A stretch of 64,000 nt of DNA from Ranitomeya imitator (taxonomy: Eukaryota): positions 34,844,001 through 34,908,000 of the forward strand of contig NC_091286.1 of the NCBI RefSeq assembly GCF_032444005.1, written 5' to 3'. Shown piece by piece: positions 38,113 to 51,803 of the stretch; the stretch's first letter is position 1; each line of letters begins with the position of its first letter. The translations under genes were made by a program, and so were the position numbers. Under the pieces are notes generated by a model. That model made no database searches. It saw only the letters and a program-made list of their open reading frames with translations, and had not been told where the DNA came from.

Positions 38113-38531
38113 AGGGAATCTGTCCGCAGATTTTTGCTTCCCCACCTGAGAGCAGCACAATGTAGGGGCTGAGACCCTGATTCCAGTGATATATCACTTG
38201 CTGGTCTGCATGCTATCATTTTGATACAATCACAGTTTTCTCTGCTGCAATTCTAGCAGAGCTCGGAATTCTGAGCCCTGCATAACCCCGCCCACATCAC
38301 TGATTGGCCACTTTCTGTCACTATACAGTGCAGACAGAAAGCGGCCAATCAGTGCTGGGGGCGTGGTTGGACACCTAGTCCTGTAGTGATAATCTCCTGC
38401 TGATAAAACACTGATTTTATTGCAACCGCAACACACAGCCTTGTAAGTGACACATCGCTGGAATCAGGGTCTCAGCCTCCACATCATGCTTCTCTCAGAT
38501 TACAAATCAAAAATCTGCAGACAGATGCCCT
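38113..38531. mobile_element. TTAA-type (T2/Kolobok-like) MITE
   Basis: TTAA|AGGGAATCTGTC ... GACAGATGCCCT|TTAA with long internal inverted repeats. Confidence 0.85.
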
Positions 38532-38789
38532 TTAATGAATCTGGTGCATCTTTCAGGATGTCCATGCGCTGAAATCAGGAGTTGACTCTAGCTATGAGGA
38601 AGAGTACATTTTGCCTATAACTTATGTCACTGTTTGCCATAAATTATAGTGAATCTGTCGTGACGGGACTGATGTAAAGAGTCACAATTTTTTTTTCTAT
38701 AACTGTACATCGAATCAAAATTTTCCAGAAAACTCGAGAGAAATATGCAATTAATTCCCCCTTAGTGCTTCCAACTGGAACACCCCCCA

Positions 38790-38942
38790 AATAATAATAA
38801 AAAAATAAAGAAATAAAATAAATAATAATAATAAGATAATAATAAAATAATAATACAAATAATAATAAAATAAGGAAATAAAATAAATAATAATATAATA
38901 ATAATACAAATAATAATAATACTAATAAGTTAATAATAATAA
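38790..38942. repeat. (AAT)n-rich low-complexity tract
   Basis: Direct reading. Confidence 0.9.
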
Positions 38943-39311
38943 TATGCTCTACCTACATTTCTTGATCTTTCCAGAATTTCCACTATATCCTGCAAAAGCA
39001 AGATATTTGTGTTACCACGACCGTTCTCACGGAGAACCCACACAGCAGGAACTCAAGTCTTCAGTTACTCTTAGGTGTTAAATCTGTTTATTTCACCATT
39101 TTCTGACTTCAAAGAAACATATGTGAATTGTGACTAGGGATGACAGGAGACAATGGATCGCAGTGAGAAGCATTTGTTTGCCTTTTTCTTTTATTTCCTG
39201 ATGAGACACAGAGCTCTTCCCTAGGAAATATATTTGTAAAAAAAGAAGCCTCATGGGAATTGATTGATGGTATACGGTAAGTGCACTGCATGGCGGTATT
39301 CCTGACCTTAA

Positions 39312-39900
39312 CCCTTTCACGTTGCAACCAATTTCCGCTTTTGCAATTCCAATTTTTCCTCCCCGAGCCATAACTCTTTTATTTTTCTGTCCACATAGAC
39401 ATATGAGGGCTTGTTTTTTTGCAGGAGGAGTTGTACTTTTAAATGACGCCATTTATTTTACCACACGGTGTACTTGAAATTTGGGGAAAAAAAAATCCAA
39501 ACGTGGTGAAATTGTGAAAGAAATTGCTTTTTTGGGAATTGTTCTTGCGCTGTATATTTTGCGGTAACAATGATTCTCCTCATCGATACGATTATGGCGA
39601 CACCCAACATGTCCAGTTTTTTTTTCCATTATTTTAGTACTGAGAGAAAAAAATCTGAAGCTTGCAAAAAAAATTTTGGGGGGTTGTTTCGCCATTTTTT
39701 TTTTTCTTTTTTTTAGACCGGCAACATTTTTATTTTTCGGCTGGTGAATCTGTGCGACGGGTTATATTTTTTGCGGAGCGTGACAATGTTTTTATTAGCG
39801 CCATTATGGGATAGATGTGACTGTTTGATCGCTTGTTACAGCATATAACCGGTGCAGTCGCTCTGATTAACGTTACCCACGGTCTGGGCAGCATTAATCA
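39312..39900 (+). mobile_element. piggyBac-like non-autonomous element fragment
   Basis: TTAA|CCCTTTCACG start; related T-rich fragments at ~29650-30330 and ~55560-56130; right end unresolved. Confidence 0.45.
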
Positions 39901-41116
39901 CCCGACAAGCTGACATTTGGGGTCTTTGAGATAAGTCCGCCACCCACCGCTTGTGTATCAGTCCCTGACCGCCTCTCCTGGTTCCCCTCTCTATAAGGCT
40001 GTGTTCACTCTGAGCTTTTTTTTTTACATATCAAAAACATATCAAAAAAATTACCATCCTTCTAATGAAAATGTATTGAAAAAAGTTGGAGAATTTTGTT
40101 TCCCAAAGTGTTTTTTTTTTTTTTTTTTTTTGCAGCCTTGTGATTGGACGGTGCCCGATTTGGAAGTTTTTTTTCTATAATTTCGAGCAAATGCCGAGCG
40201 CTAGCCATTTTTCAACCAGGAAAAGTGATTAAAGCCACTAAAAATGATTGAACAAGTGAACAGCAAAGTGTTTCTACACTATACAGAGGCTTTGGAGAGC
40301 GGTGTAAGCGCCTTTATCTTAGATTTTAGGATCTATAACCAGCATTCCTCATAGTGAGCAGTGTTCTTATAATAAGAGCACCCCCATAACCAGTGTCTGC
40401 CCCCCACTGTCAGTACTGGCTCTGTTCCAGTCCTCTGCCCTTTCAGGGGTCCTGGACAGCGCCACTTATTTGGTGCACATTTCAGGAGGGTTGCCAAACA
40501 GTGAAGCAGAGCAGACCACAATATAATACAGCAGTCCATGTATCACCGTAGGTATGAGGGGAAGCAAGCCACATCCATCACTAGAGGCCCGGGACAGGAT
40601 GTCTCCAGCGCTGGTCTACAACAAAATGGCCGCCGCTGGAGTCCGGTAGTTATCAATGCGTTCTACAGACCAGTGAGGAGGGGACATAACTGCACCTCGG
40701 TGATTATTACCTGGGAGAACTCCTCAGCGGTCATATGGCAGTGACAGTCCACATAGCGACCCGCCTGACCCGCACCCAACATGGCGGCCGCTGCCTTCAG
40801 TCACTCAGGCAGGGGCCGGGACTAGAGGCAGAGATCTGCACCAATCACGTGTTATATCAGGACATCTGCCTGGGTGTAACGTCTCATTGTACTTTAGCCA
40901 ATAGCCAACTCTTGAGGCTACAGATGTCACAAGAGAGTAAAATGTCACACAACATTATTTTTTCTTTTTAACACGCCTCCATCACATCCACAGTGCCCCC
41001 TTAAAGGGATGGTTTAGTACTGGAAACCGACTGTCAATGTCGCTCCTTCACTGAGTGCTGTGTCCCCTGCTATTAGTAGCCCCAAATGATGTTGCTTACA
41101 GTGTACTGGCCAACGT

Positions 41117-41443
41117 GATGCTCCATACAGTATAATGACCGCACACGATGCTGGGTACAGTATAATGGCCCCACACGATGCTGGGTACAGTATAATGGCC
41201 CCACACGATGCTGGGTACAGTATAATGGCCCCACACGATGCTGGGTACAGTATAATGGCCCCACACGATGCTGGGTACAGTATAATGGCCCCACACGATG
41301 CTGGGTACAGTATAATGGCCCCACACGATGCTGGGTACAGTATAATGGCCCCACACGATGCTGGGTACAGTATAATGGCCCCACACGATGCTGGGTACAG
41401 TATAATGGCCCCACACGATGCTGGGTACAATATAATGGCCACA
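41117..41443. repeat. 30-bp tandem repeat, ~10.5 copies
   Basis: (TATAATGGCCCCACACGATGCTGGGTACAG)n, near-identical units. Confidence 0.97.
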
Positions 41444-41687
41444 TATGGTTACCCCACCCCCATCATTGCCTTCTCCATAACTACACACACACACCTTTCA
41501 CCACGCACCCTCGCAGCAGCCGGCAGCTTCCACTCCCACGGCGCTGAATGGTGTCATCCAGCTGCGCCGCTGACTGCTCACGTCGCTGCATCTGTGATAC
41601 GCCACTGATAAAGACCTCCGTGTCTCCTGTGCCAGTCCGTGTCAGAGCGAGGAGCAACATCTGCTCCGATCCGACTCAGCCAGCGTC

Positions 41688-43935
41688 TGCTCCGTACACC
41701 TCGTACACACACAACTCTGCTCCATACACCTTGCACATGCGGCTCCACTCCGTACACCTCGTACACACACGGCTCCTCTCCGTACACCTCGTACGCACAC
41801 GGCTCCTCTCCGTACATCTCGTACGCACACGGCACCGCTCCGTACACCTCGTACACACACGCCTCCTCTCCGTACACCTCGTACACACACGGCTCCGCTC
41901 CGTACACCTCGTACACACACGGCTCCGCTCCGTACACCTCGTACACACACGGCTCCGCTCCGTACACCTCGTACACACACGGCTCCGCTCCGTACACCTC
42001 GTACACACACGGCTCAGCTCCGTACACCTCGTACGCACACGGCTCCTCTCCGTACATCTCGTACGCACACGGCACCGCTCCGTACACCTCGTACACACAC
42101 GCCTCCTCTCCGTACACCTCGTACACACACGGCTCCGCTCCGTACACCTCGTACACACACGGCTCCGCTCCGTACACCTCGTACACACACGGCTCCGCTC
42201 CGTACACCTCGTACACACACGGCTCCGCTCCGTACACCTCGTACACACACGGCTCCGCTCCGTACACACGGCTCCGCTCCGTACACCTCGTACACACACG
42301 GCTCCGCTCCGTACACCTCTTACACACAAGGCTCCGCTCCATACACCCCGTACACACGTCTGCCCTCCATACACCTTGCACATGCGTCTCCTCTCCGTAC
42401 ACCTCGTACACTCGGCTCCGCTCCATACACATTGCACACGCTGCTCCGCTCCGTATACCTTGCACACACACGGCTCCGCTCCGTACACCTCATACACACA
42501 CGGCTCCTCTCCATATATCTCGTACACACATGGCACTACTCCGTACACCTCGTACACACACGGCTCCGCTCCATACACATTGCACACGCTGCTCTGCTCC
42601 GTATACCTTGCACACACACGGCTCCGTACACCTCATACACACACGGATCCTCTCCATACATCTCGTACACACACGGGACCACTCCGTGCACCTCGTACAC
42701 ACATGGCTCCGCTCTATACACATTGCACACGCTGCTCCGCTTCGTATACCTTGTACACACATGGCTCTGCTCCACACACCTCGTACACACGTGGCTCTGC
42801 TCTGTACAACTCGCACACACGTGGCTCTGCTCTGTACAACTCGTACACACGTGGCTCCGCTCCGAACACCTCGTACACACACGACTCTGCTCCATACACC
42901 TTTCACACTCTGCTCCGATCCGCACACCTCTTACACACATGGCTCCGCTCTGTACTCGTCTTACACACACGACTCTGCTCCATACACCTTTCACACGCTG
43001 CTCCGTACACCTCGTACACACAGCTCCGTACACCTCGTACACACGGCTCCGTACACCTCTTACACACACGACTCTGCTCCATACACCTTTCACACTCTGC
43101 TCCGATCCGCACACCTCTTACACACATGGCTCCGCTCCGTACTCGTCTTACACACACGACTCCGCTCCATACACCTTTCACACGCTGCTCCGTACACCTC
43201 GTACACAGGAGGCTGTGCTCCGTACACCTCATGCACACGGCTCCGTACTCATCTTATACACACGACTCCGCTCCATACACCTTTCACACGCTGCTCCGTA
43301 CACCTCGTACACAGGAGGCTGTGCTCCGTACACCTCATACACACACACGACTCCGCTCCATACACCTCTTACACACACACGACTCCGCTCCATACACCTT
43401 TCACACGCTGCTCCGTACACCTCGTACACAGGAGGCTGTGCTCCGTACACCTCATGCACACGGCTCCATACTCGTCTTACACACGCGACTCCGCTCCATA
43501 CACCTTTCACACGCTGCTCCGTACACCTCGTACACAGGAGGCTGTGCTCCGTACACCTCATACACACGGCTCCGTACACCTCTTACACACACACGACTCC
43601 GCTCCATACACCTTTCACACGCTGCTCCGTACACCTCGTATACAGGAGGCTGTGCTCCGTACACCTCATGCACACGGCTCCATACTCGTCTTACACACAC
43701 GACTCCGCTCCATACACCTTTCACACGCTGCTCCGTACACCTCGTACACAGGAGGCTGTGCTCCGTACACCTCATACACACACATGACTCCGCTCCATAC
43801 ACCTTTCACATGCTGCTCCAATCCGTAGAAGTCGTACACACGCGGCTGTACTCTGTACACCTCATGCACACGGCTCCGCTCCATACACCTTTCGCACGCT
43901 GCTCCGATCCATACACCTCGTACACACACGACTCT
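41688..43935. repeat. Complex ~30-bp minisatellite with higher-order blocks
   Basis: (CTCCGTACACCTCGTACACACACGGCTCCG)n diverging into longer composite units. Confidence 0.93.
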
Positions 43936-44574
43936 GCTACATCCACACTGTAAACACCTCCTGTCCTGACCTCACACATACGTTTACCCTCGTCCGGCGC
44001 CATGGCAACGAGCAGAGTCCTGTACAGAGGTCCTCCCGATCATGTGACCCCTGACTCCTCCCATCCTGTGACCTCACCTCATCACAGGTTCTGTGCGCAC
44101 AGATCAGCCAATATGTGGTGTGCTGCTCTGCGGGTGCAGGGACTCAGGGAGCCGACTGGGTGATATACACACCTCCCAACCAGTGCGGGACAACTAATGT
44201 CCCGCCCGGGATCGCGGGGCTGACTGTCAAAATCAGGAGAGTCCCGCTGGATCCGGGACGGTTGGAAGGTATGCAATGGCCGGTGGTGCAGAGCTCACTG
44301 ACACCAGCGCAGTCATGACATTTCTTCCTCTTAAATCGTCCTTCATCTCCTATGACTGATATTATTGAGAAGTGGAAGGAACTGCAGCAACTCAGCCACA
44401 AAGTGGAGTCACCATAACGTTACAGAGCGGGGGGCCAAGTGCTGAGGAGCAGAGGTCAGAAAAGTCACCACCGCTCTGCTGACCCCATATCTGCAGAGTC
44501 CAGACCTCCTCTGGTATAACATCAACACTAACACTGCGCCATAAGCTTCATATCCGAGCAGCTGCATGCAGCCG

Positions 44575-45135
44575 TACATCACCAAGCACAATGCCGAGCG
44601 TCAGGTGGAGTGATATAAGGAGACAACACTCTGGAGGAAACGTGTTCTGTGGAGTGATGTATAACACTTCTGAGTCTGATAGAGGAGTCTGGGTTTGGCA
44701 ACTCCAGGACATTGCCCCCTGACTGCATTGTGCCCACTGTACAGATGGTGGAGGAGGATAATGCTGTTATCAGGGGTCTGCCTTGGCCCTTTCGTTCCAG
44801 TGAAGGGAAATCTTAATGCTCCAACACAAGACATTGAGGACAATTGTAGCTTCCATCTTTGTGGGAACGGTTGGGGAAGACTCTTCTCTGTTCCCCATGA
44901 CTGTGTCCAGCACACAGGGTCCATACAGACATGGAGGAGGGAACAGGAGCAGCCGCCCTCAGCCCCATCCAACAAATAGGTTGGAGATTACGAGCCCGGC
45001 CTCTCTCCAACATCAGGGTCTGACTTCACAAATGCTCTTCTGGATGACGGGGCAAAAATTCCCACAAACACCTCCAAAATCTTGTAGAAATCCTTCTCAT
45101 AGGAGTGGGAGCCATTACGGTTCCATATTAATGTC
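44575..45135 (+). mobile_element. Degenerate Tc1-like transposase fragment
   Basis: Remnants WRKRVLWSD, DCIVPTV, LGPFVPVKGNLNA and LQNLVE of the DD34E domain, with many deletions. Confidence 0.75.
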
Positions 45136-45284
45136 TATAGATGTAGAACGGAAGCTCCTGTAGGTGTAATGTGGAGGGGGCACACAGCTTCACCATGTAG
45201 TGTGTCCAGTTTACATTACAGCAGAAAATGTGATAAAAAACATAAAATTCACTACTTCAGGAGCATCCGCACACAGTTATGCTT

Positions 45285-45596
45285 AGGCTATGTGCACACG
45301 TTCAGGATTTCTCGCAGAAAATCCGCAAGAAATCTGCATGCATTTTTGCCGCGTTTTTGGTGCTTTTTTCCGGACATTTCCCAATGCATTTGTAGTGGGA
45401 AACCCGCAAAAAACCCGCAAAATTAATGAACATGCTGCGTTTTTTACTGCGATGCTTTTTTTTGCGGAAAAAAACGCATCATGTGCACAAAACATGCAGA
45501 ATTCATTCTAAATGATGGGATGCTTATTGTATGCGTTTTTTTGTGGTTTTATAGCGTTTTTATCGGGGAAAAAACAGCAGCGTGTGCACACAGCCT
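45285..45596. mobile_element. Harbinger-like MITE (same family as 20782)
   Basis: AGGCTATGTGCACACG ... CGTGTGCACACAGCCT. Confidence 0.8.
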
Positions 45597-45613
45597 TTAT
45601 CTCATTGGTGTAA

Positions 45614-45774
45614 GGCCTCATTCACACATCAGTATTTCATCAGTGTTTGTATGCCAAGCCGTGTCTCCAAAACACAGAACAGGTATCTTTCAATTCTACC
45701 TTTTTTCTGGGAGTTCCTCTCCTGGCTTTAGCATATAAGCACAAATGCAAAAATACTGCCCTGTGAATGAGGCC
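45614..45774. mobile_element. Short Harbinger-like MITE
   Basis: TAA|GGCCTCATTCACA ... TGTGAATGAGGCC|TA. Confidence 0.7.
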
Positions 45775-46346
45775 TATTTAATCATATACAGGGAAAAACG
45801 GTTCCCTCGTCATCAGTGGCTTACATCGGTGTTTTTACGGATGGATAAAGAAAGAAAAAAAAGGACAAAGCTTCTCCTATACTTTGCAATGTTTCATAAA
45901 ATTTATATCCTTTTTTTTTTAATTCAGATGAGGCAAAAATATAAACAAAATGCAGGTCACACGAGATAAAAACAGTCATTTTTTTTAGTAAATGAAACAA
46001 ATGCTTCTGTTCTAGCTCTGCAAATCCATTAGTCACGTCAGTGGTCGGACAGGAGCAGGAGAGGCGCCATTTATCTGCCAGATTGGCGAGACGTCACATC
46101 TCTAGGGGCTGAAGACCCGCCCTGATCCGATTGTTCTGATAACACGTTTTGGCATTTTAAGGCTATACACACAAAGTTTTCTTTTGCATCAAGTTGCTTC
46201 CAAAAAGCTTGAAAGACTCTTTCTATTAATTTCTATTGTAAAAGTTTTAGATCTTTTTCCACTTAAAGTTTTAATGTGGAATTTGTTTTTTCTTACATGT
46301 ATGTATTTAGGCTGAAAACATTTTTTCAGTTGGCTTTTATTAAAAA

Positions 46347-47881
46347 CTAGATGGTGGCCTGATTCTAACGCATCAGGTATTCTAGAATATGCATGTCCAC
46401 GTAGTATATTGCCCAGCCACGTAGTATATTGCCCAGCCACGTAGTATATTGCCCAGCCACGTAGTGTATTGCCCAGCCACGTAGTATATTGCCCAGCCAC
46501 CTAGTATATTGCCCAGCCACGTAGTGTATTGCCCAGCCACGTAGTATATTGCCCAGCCACGTAGTATATTGCCCAGCCACGTAGTATATTGCCCAGTCAC
46601 GTAGTATATTGCCCAGCCACGTAGTATATTGCCCAGTCACGTAGTATATTGCCCAGCCACGTAGTATATTGCCCAGCCACGTAGTATATTGCCCAGCCAC
46701 CTAGTATATTGCCCAGCCACGTAGTATATTGCCCAGCCACCTAGTATATTGCCCAGCCACGTAGTATATTGCCCAGCCACGTAGTATATTGCCCAGTCAC
46801 GTAGTATATTGCCCAGCCACGTAGTATATTGCCCAGTCACGTAGTATATTGCCCAGCCACGTAGTATATTGCCCAGCTACGTAGTATATTGCACAGCCAC
46901 CTAGTATATTGCCCAGCCACGTAGTATATTGCCCAGCCACGTAGTGTATTGCCCAGCTACGTAGTATATTGCACAGCCACCTAGTATATTGTCCAGCCAC
47001 CTAGTATATTGCCCAGCCACCTAGTATATTGCCCAGCCACCTAGTATATTGCCCAGCCACGTAGTGTATTGCCCAGCTACGTAGTATATTGCACAGCCAC
47101 CTAGTATATTGTCCAGCCACCTAGTATATTGCACAGCCACCTAGTATATTGCCCAGCCACCTAGTATATTGCCCAGCCACCTAGTATATTGCCCAGCCAC
47201 CTAGTATATTGCCCAGCCACCTAGTATATTGCCCAGTCACGTATGTAACAGGTTAAAAAAGACTTAAAATAAAAAAATAAACATATACTCCCCTTCCGAG
47301 GGGCGCCTTGTAGTCCTGGCACCTGTTTGCGGTGCACGCAGCAGCTTCCGGTCCCAGGGTTGGTATGACCGCAGGACCTGTGATGACGTCGCGGTCACAT
47401 GACCGTGACGTCATGGAAGGTCCTTCTCGCATAGCATCCTTGGCACCGGAACCTGCCGCTTGCACAGAGAGGGCACGACAGCGCAGGGTGAGAATAACGT
47501 TTTTTTTATTATTATTATGATTTGTAACATTAGATTTTTTTACTATTGATGCTGCATACGCATCATCAATAGTAAAAAGTTGGGGACACACAGGGTTAAT
47601 AGCTGCGTTAATGGAGTGCGTTACACCGTGGCATAACGCCGTCCATTAACGCTGCCATTAACCCTGTGTGAGCGCTGACTGGAGGGGAGTATGGAGCGGG
47701 CGCTGACTGCGGGGAGTAAGGAGCAGCTATGTTGCCGCCGGACTGTGGCTGTCGCTGATTGGTCGTGGGCGTTTTGCCACAACCAATCAGCGACTTGGAT
47801 TTCCATGACAGACAGAGGCTGCGACCAATGAATATTCGCGACAGACAGACGGAAGTGACCCTTAGACAACTATATAGTACA
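46347..47881 (-). mobile_element. Non-autonomous Helitron
   Basis: Minus strand: A|T(G)TACTATATA ... hairpin CCTGAT-8nt-ATCAGG ... CCACCATCTAG|T; A/T target and no TSD; 5' end reads TG rather than the canonical TC. Confidence 0.75.
46397..47242. repeat. 20-bp tandem repeat inside the Helitron, ~42 copies
   Basis: (GTAGTATATTGCCCAGCCAC)n. Confidence 0.97.
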
Positions 47882-49537
47882 TGTTGCACCGTTTGGCTTT
47901 TACAGGTTCTATGTTTCGCTGCATATATAATTTAGCTGTGGTCCGCTGTCATAAATCAGCTGAGAAGAGCTCGGAAGAAGACAGATAAGGGTTACAAAAT
48001 CTCATCATTGAATCTGAGTGAACTAATTTTGCCAGACTTCATTATAACTCTTATCTGTCTTTTTTTCTGAGCTCGTTTCAACGGATATATGATCGCAGAC
48101 CACATAAAAGCTGAGCAGAACTTTGATACAGTCATAAATAAGCCAAAGAGCTCAGAAAATACAAATAAAACAGTTAGACTTTTCCATCACAACGAGCTCA
48201 CTGATGCATTCTCAGAAAACTCATCCTGCAACCAGTAATATGCAGGGAAACATACGACTTTTAAAAGCCAAACACTGCCACATTGTAAAGTAAATCCAAA
48301 AGCAAAAATTATTTTTTTATCCCGAAATACATGGATTTTTAGTAAACTATGTCCCACAAGCTGTCCACCATATCCTTTAATATTTAGCGACATCTTTGGT
48401 TCCCTGATACAGAATGGATTTTGTGGATGTCTCGGTCACCAGTAACTATCACCTCATAGTTGATGTTGAAGAAAAATCAAAATATTTCTTTAAAAAAGTC
48501 TCTTTATTTCTGTAGGACGTGCAGCAATCTGGGGAACAGTCGTAAGGCGTTCTTAGTAGTGACATTGATAACTTCTTCTAGCGAGATTCCTTTGACCATG
48601 GCGATATATTCCGCAGCATACGTGATGTTTTTCGGTTCATTTCTGATCTAAAAAAGCAAAAGTGAAATTTGTTTTGTTTTTTTTGCCCTGATTTTGTGTA
48701 ACAGGACATTCAAAAGATATCGCATTTACTAATTCCTTGTTAAAAATAAGACATTCCTAAAAAAAAGAAAAAAAAAAAAAAAAAAAGAAGAGGAAACACA
48801 ATGCCAACACATTTCCAATCCATTGCAGAGTCTTAAATCATATGGTTGGAAAAGCATTGGTCAAGCGGTCCCCCTTTAAAAAAAAACAAAAAAACACTAT
48901 TGTGCTATTTTTAAAAAAAAAGGAATTATTAAATGTGATGTTTTATGCATTCCAATGTTTCTATTAGTCAAGCTATGTACAGAAGATATAAGCTTTTTGT
49001 TCAAGTCCATTGGCAAGCACAATGCTGGAAAGTGGAAAAAAAAAAGAAGTCCTAGCTCCTATAGTGCTGGCAGGATGCTGTTGAAAATGTATCACTGATT
49101 GAAAAGGAGTGAATGGCAAGATACAGATCATGGACCATTCCTGCACATATTAGACTGGCATATGCACCAAAAGCAGTTTTTTTATTTTACTGGGGGATAA
49201 GAAAGACGATGCTTTTCTACAGGATTAGCGAGGACATAGCCCAGCGGACATGATCCTGGAAGGGTTAAGCTCTCCAGTCACTAGACAGCATCTCTGTGGT
49301 CACTGCAGTGTTTATATTGTTGATGGAGATAATCCGGACGCTTTATATCATTTTGCAAGTCAAAATAACCACATGGAAATAATAGTTATCTGCAAAACCA
49401 CAGTAATGAAAAGGCCGAGACATGTAAAAAAGCAGACGAAGGTTTATAGAAACAAAACCATCACAACTGCTTGGAAGTAATAGCTACAGCAATATTTTTT
49501 TTGTGAGGGTTGGCAAAGGTCACAGTGAAGGGAAGGC

Positions 49538-49960
49538 AGGAGGTGAGCTGTGATATCACCTATTGTGAATGGTGGATCCTGTGTTATCTACTGTATATAG
49601 AGGTGCTATCAGTCATTTTATAGGAGGAGGAGGTGAGCTGTGACCTCACCTATTGTGAGTGGTGGATCCTGTGTTATCTACTGTATATAGAGGTGCTATC
49701 AGTCATTGTATAGGAGGAGGAGGTGAGCTGTGACCTTACCTATTGTGAGTGGTGGATCGTGTGTTATCTACTGTATATAGAGGTGTTATCGGTCATTGTA
49801 CAGGAGGAGGAGGTGAGCTGTGACATCTTCTATTGTGAATGGCGGATCCTGTGTTATCTACTGTATATAGAGGCGTTATCAGTCATTGTACAGGAGGAGG
49901 AGGTGAGCTGTGATATCACTTATTGTGAATGGTGGATCCTGTGTTACCTACTGTATACAG
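49538..49960. repeat. 90-bp tandem repeat, ~4.7 copies
   Basis: aggtgagctg recurs at 49541, 49631, 49721, 49811 and 49901. Confidence 0.95.
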
Positions 49961-50678
49961 AGTATATATGGCACCAATACCCCCTCCCATACCTGTTTTT
50001 CTGGTCCCAGGGCGGGGGAGTCTGTTTCCAAGCAGATGTTCTCTAGCGGAAGCTGCTTCACAAGTTTCTGCTTCTTAAAGAAATGAGAAATAAATTACAT
50101 ATAATACTGATGGCGGATGTTCTACAAATTATGTTCTTTACAAGTAGTATAAACTAGAGGGACACCAGACTGGCACAAATAGTTTCTGATTTTCATTGCA
50201 TTATTCATTAGTACTGATTCCGTGTTACAGTCTGTGTTAAAATCCAAGGCTGTATTTCCCATACTCCAGGCTTCAGAGCTGAACTCTAGCAGCTGGACTG
50301 CTGTAGCCTAGGAGATGGTGGAGTTATGTTTTCCCGCTAAAGGACTAAGATGCACAGTGTCCTTATCTGAAGAACTTGCACAGGAGCGACGATTTCCTAT
50401 CGCAATGTTGTGGGCAATGCCCTGCTATTAAACCCTGGGTCCTGGCATCATGTGGATAGATAACGTTGCACAAACAAAGTACCAATGCACCTGCTGCACT
50501 ACAATAAATGGCCAAGAATGGGGAGAGGAACAGATGAAGATTTCAAGGTGCTGTTTTGGCAGCAGGAGGAAGACCTACGTAATATTAGGTGCTCATCTGT
50601 GTATATGGGTTGTAGTGTAGTAATGACCAGATGGCAGCCATCCTCACAAATTAAAGAATCGTTCTCTTCTTCCTATAC

Positions 50679-50791
50679 CTGCTTACTCCTGATGATAGAA
50701 GGGGGAATGGAAAAGAAGTATCCAGCTTTAACACCTTCCATAGCCACCGACGGCTTGCCATCAAATGCATGGAGAAGGACACATTCAGCGC
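50679..50791 (-). CDS. TATDN3: TATDN3 exon 8
   Basis: 113 nt; [37 protein letters not shown]; AG/GT sites; phases fit. Confidence 0.96.
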
Positions 50792-50932
50792 CTGGAAAAT
50801 GAAATAGGACAAGTTAGACGTCAACCCTTATAAGACGACCGTAGGAGCCATTGTCTAATCTCCCACTCTTCCCTAAGAAACTGGATTCCAACATTGTGTA
50901 TATTACACAGTTAGTGCCTTTTCCTGCCTTAA

Positions 50933-51405
50933 AGTGGTTGTCCAGGACTATTTTTTTTATACTATTAACCTAAAAACTAACAGGCAGGTACTTGCTAACA
51001 GAGATGACTACCTGCCTGTTCTACCCGGCGCCAGCTCAGCGCAGTCACCGACCACTCCTGTTGTTGATTGATCTCCTCCGCATCTACAGAGCAGCTCTTC
51101 CTCTTCCAGGTTGCTCTGTCGATGGGGGGTGACTGCTGGCGTCATGCTGATTGACAGCTTTTAGGCAGGCAGCAGGCTGTCAATCAGCATGACGTCAGCG
51201 TCAACAGAGCAGAGCGGAAGAGAAGCTGCTGTTCTGTCAACATGATGTCAGCGGAAGCCTCTGAATTGTCAGCAGAAACGATTTGTGACCGCTCGGTACC
51301 GGCAGAGATCGGTGCTAGGCACATCAGGCATGTAGCCATCAACTATCTGCTTTTTAGTCCTTAGGCCCCTAGTAAAAGAAAATTAAATAGTCTTGGATAA
51401 CCCTT
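50933..51405. mobile_element. TTAA-type MITE
   Basis: TTAA|AGTGGTTGTCCA ... TGGATAACCCTT|TTAA; internal inverted repeat around 51140-51200. Confidence 0.7.
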
Positions 51406-51747
51406 TTAAGAGCCATGATCAAAATAAGTATGGCTCATTTCATTTAAGTATCGGAAATTATCTTTTCTCTTCCTAATTTATACTCATTTTGCCCCCCAAC
51501 GTCTTTCTACAGATTTAGGACGGACTACTGCAAATAAAGATAGTGCCGTGTGCACCCCGTGACATAGAAGACGCAGGGGACACATGGTTCACACTTTCCA
51601 CAACACCCCCCGTGCCACTATAGCTGCAATTTGGGAGAAAAAGATGGAGTATTTATCTAAAAAAGGCAGCAGCATAAAGGAGGACATTAGCCATAGTCAC
51701 ATATAACATGGGGAAGGGGTCCCATAAAGATTAGACAATTATATTAC

Positions 51748-51803
51748 CTTGCTCCTTCAGAAGGTTAATAGTTGGTCTTCCTGCTGAACGGGAGTGAACA
51801 TTT
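51748..51803 (-). CDS. TATDN3: TATDN3 exon 7
   Basis: 56 nt; NVHSRSAGRPTINLLKEQG; AG/GT sites. Confidence 0.96.

Noticed and set aside
41548-43953. 801-aa and 729-aa His/Thr-rich ORFs
   Set aside because: Period-30 minisatellite open in multiple frames at once, which is artefactual
46397-47242. CRISPR-like regular repeats (also 41117-41443 and 53124-55242)
   Set aside because: Head-to-tail units with no unique spacers, no cas genes, and eukaryotic intron context
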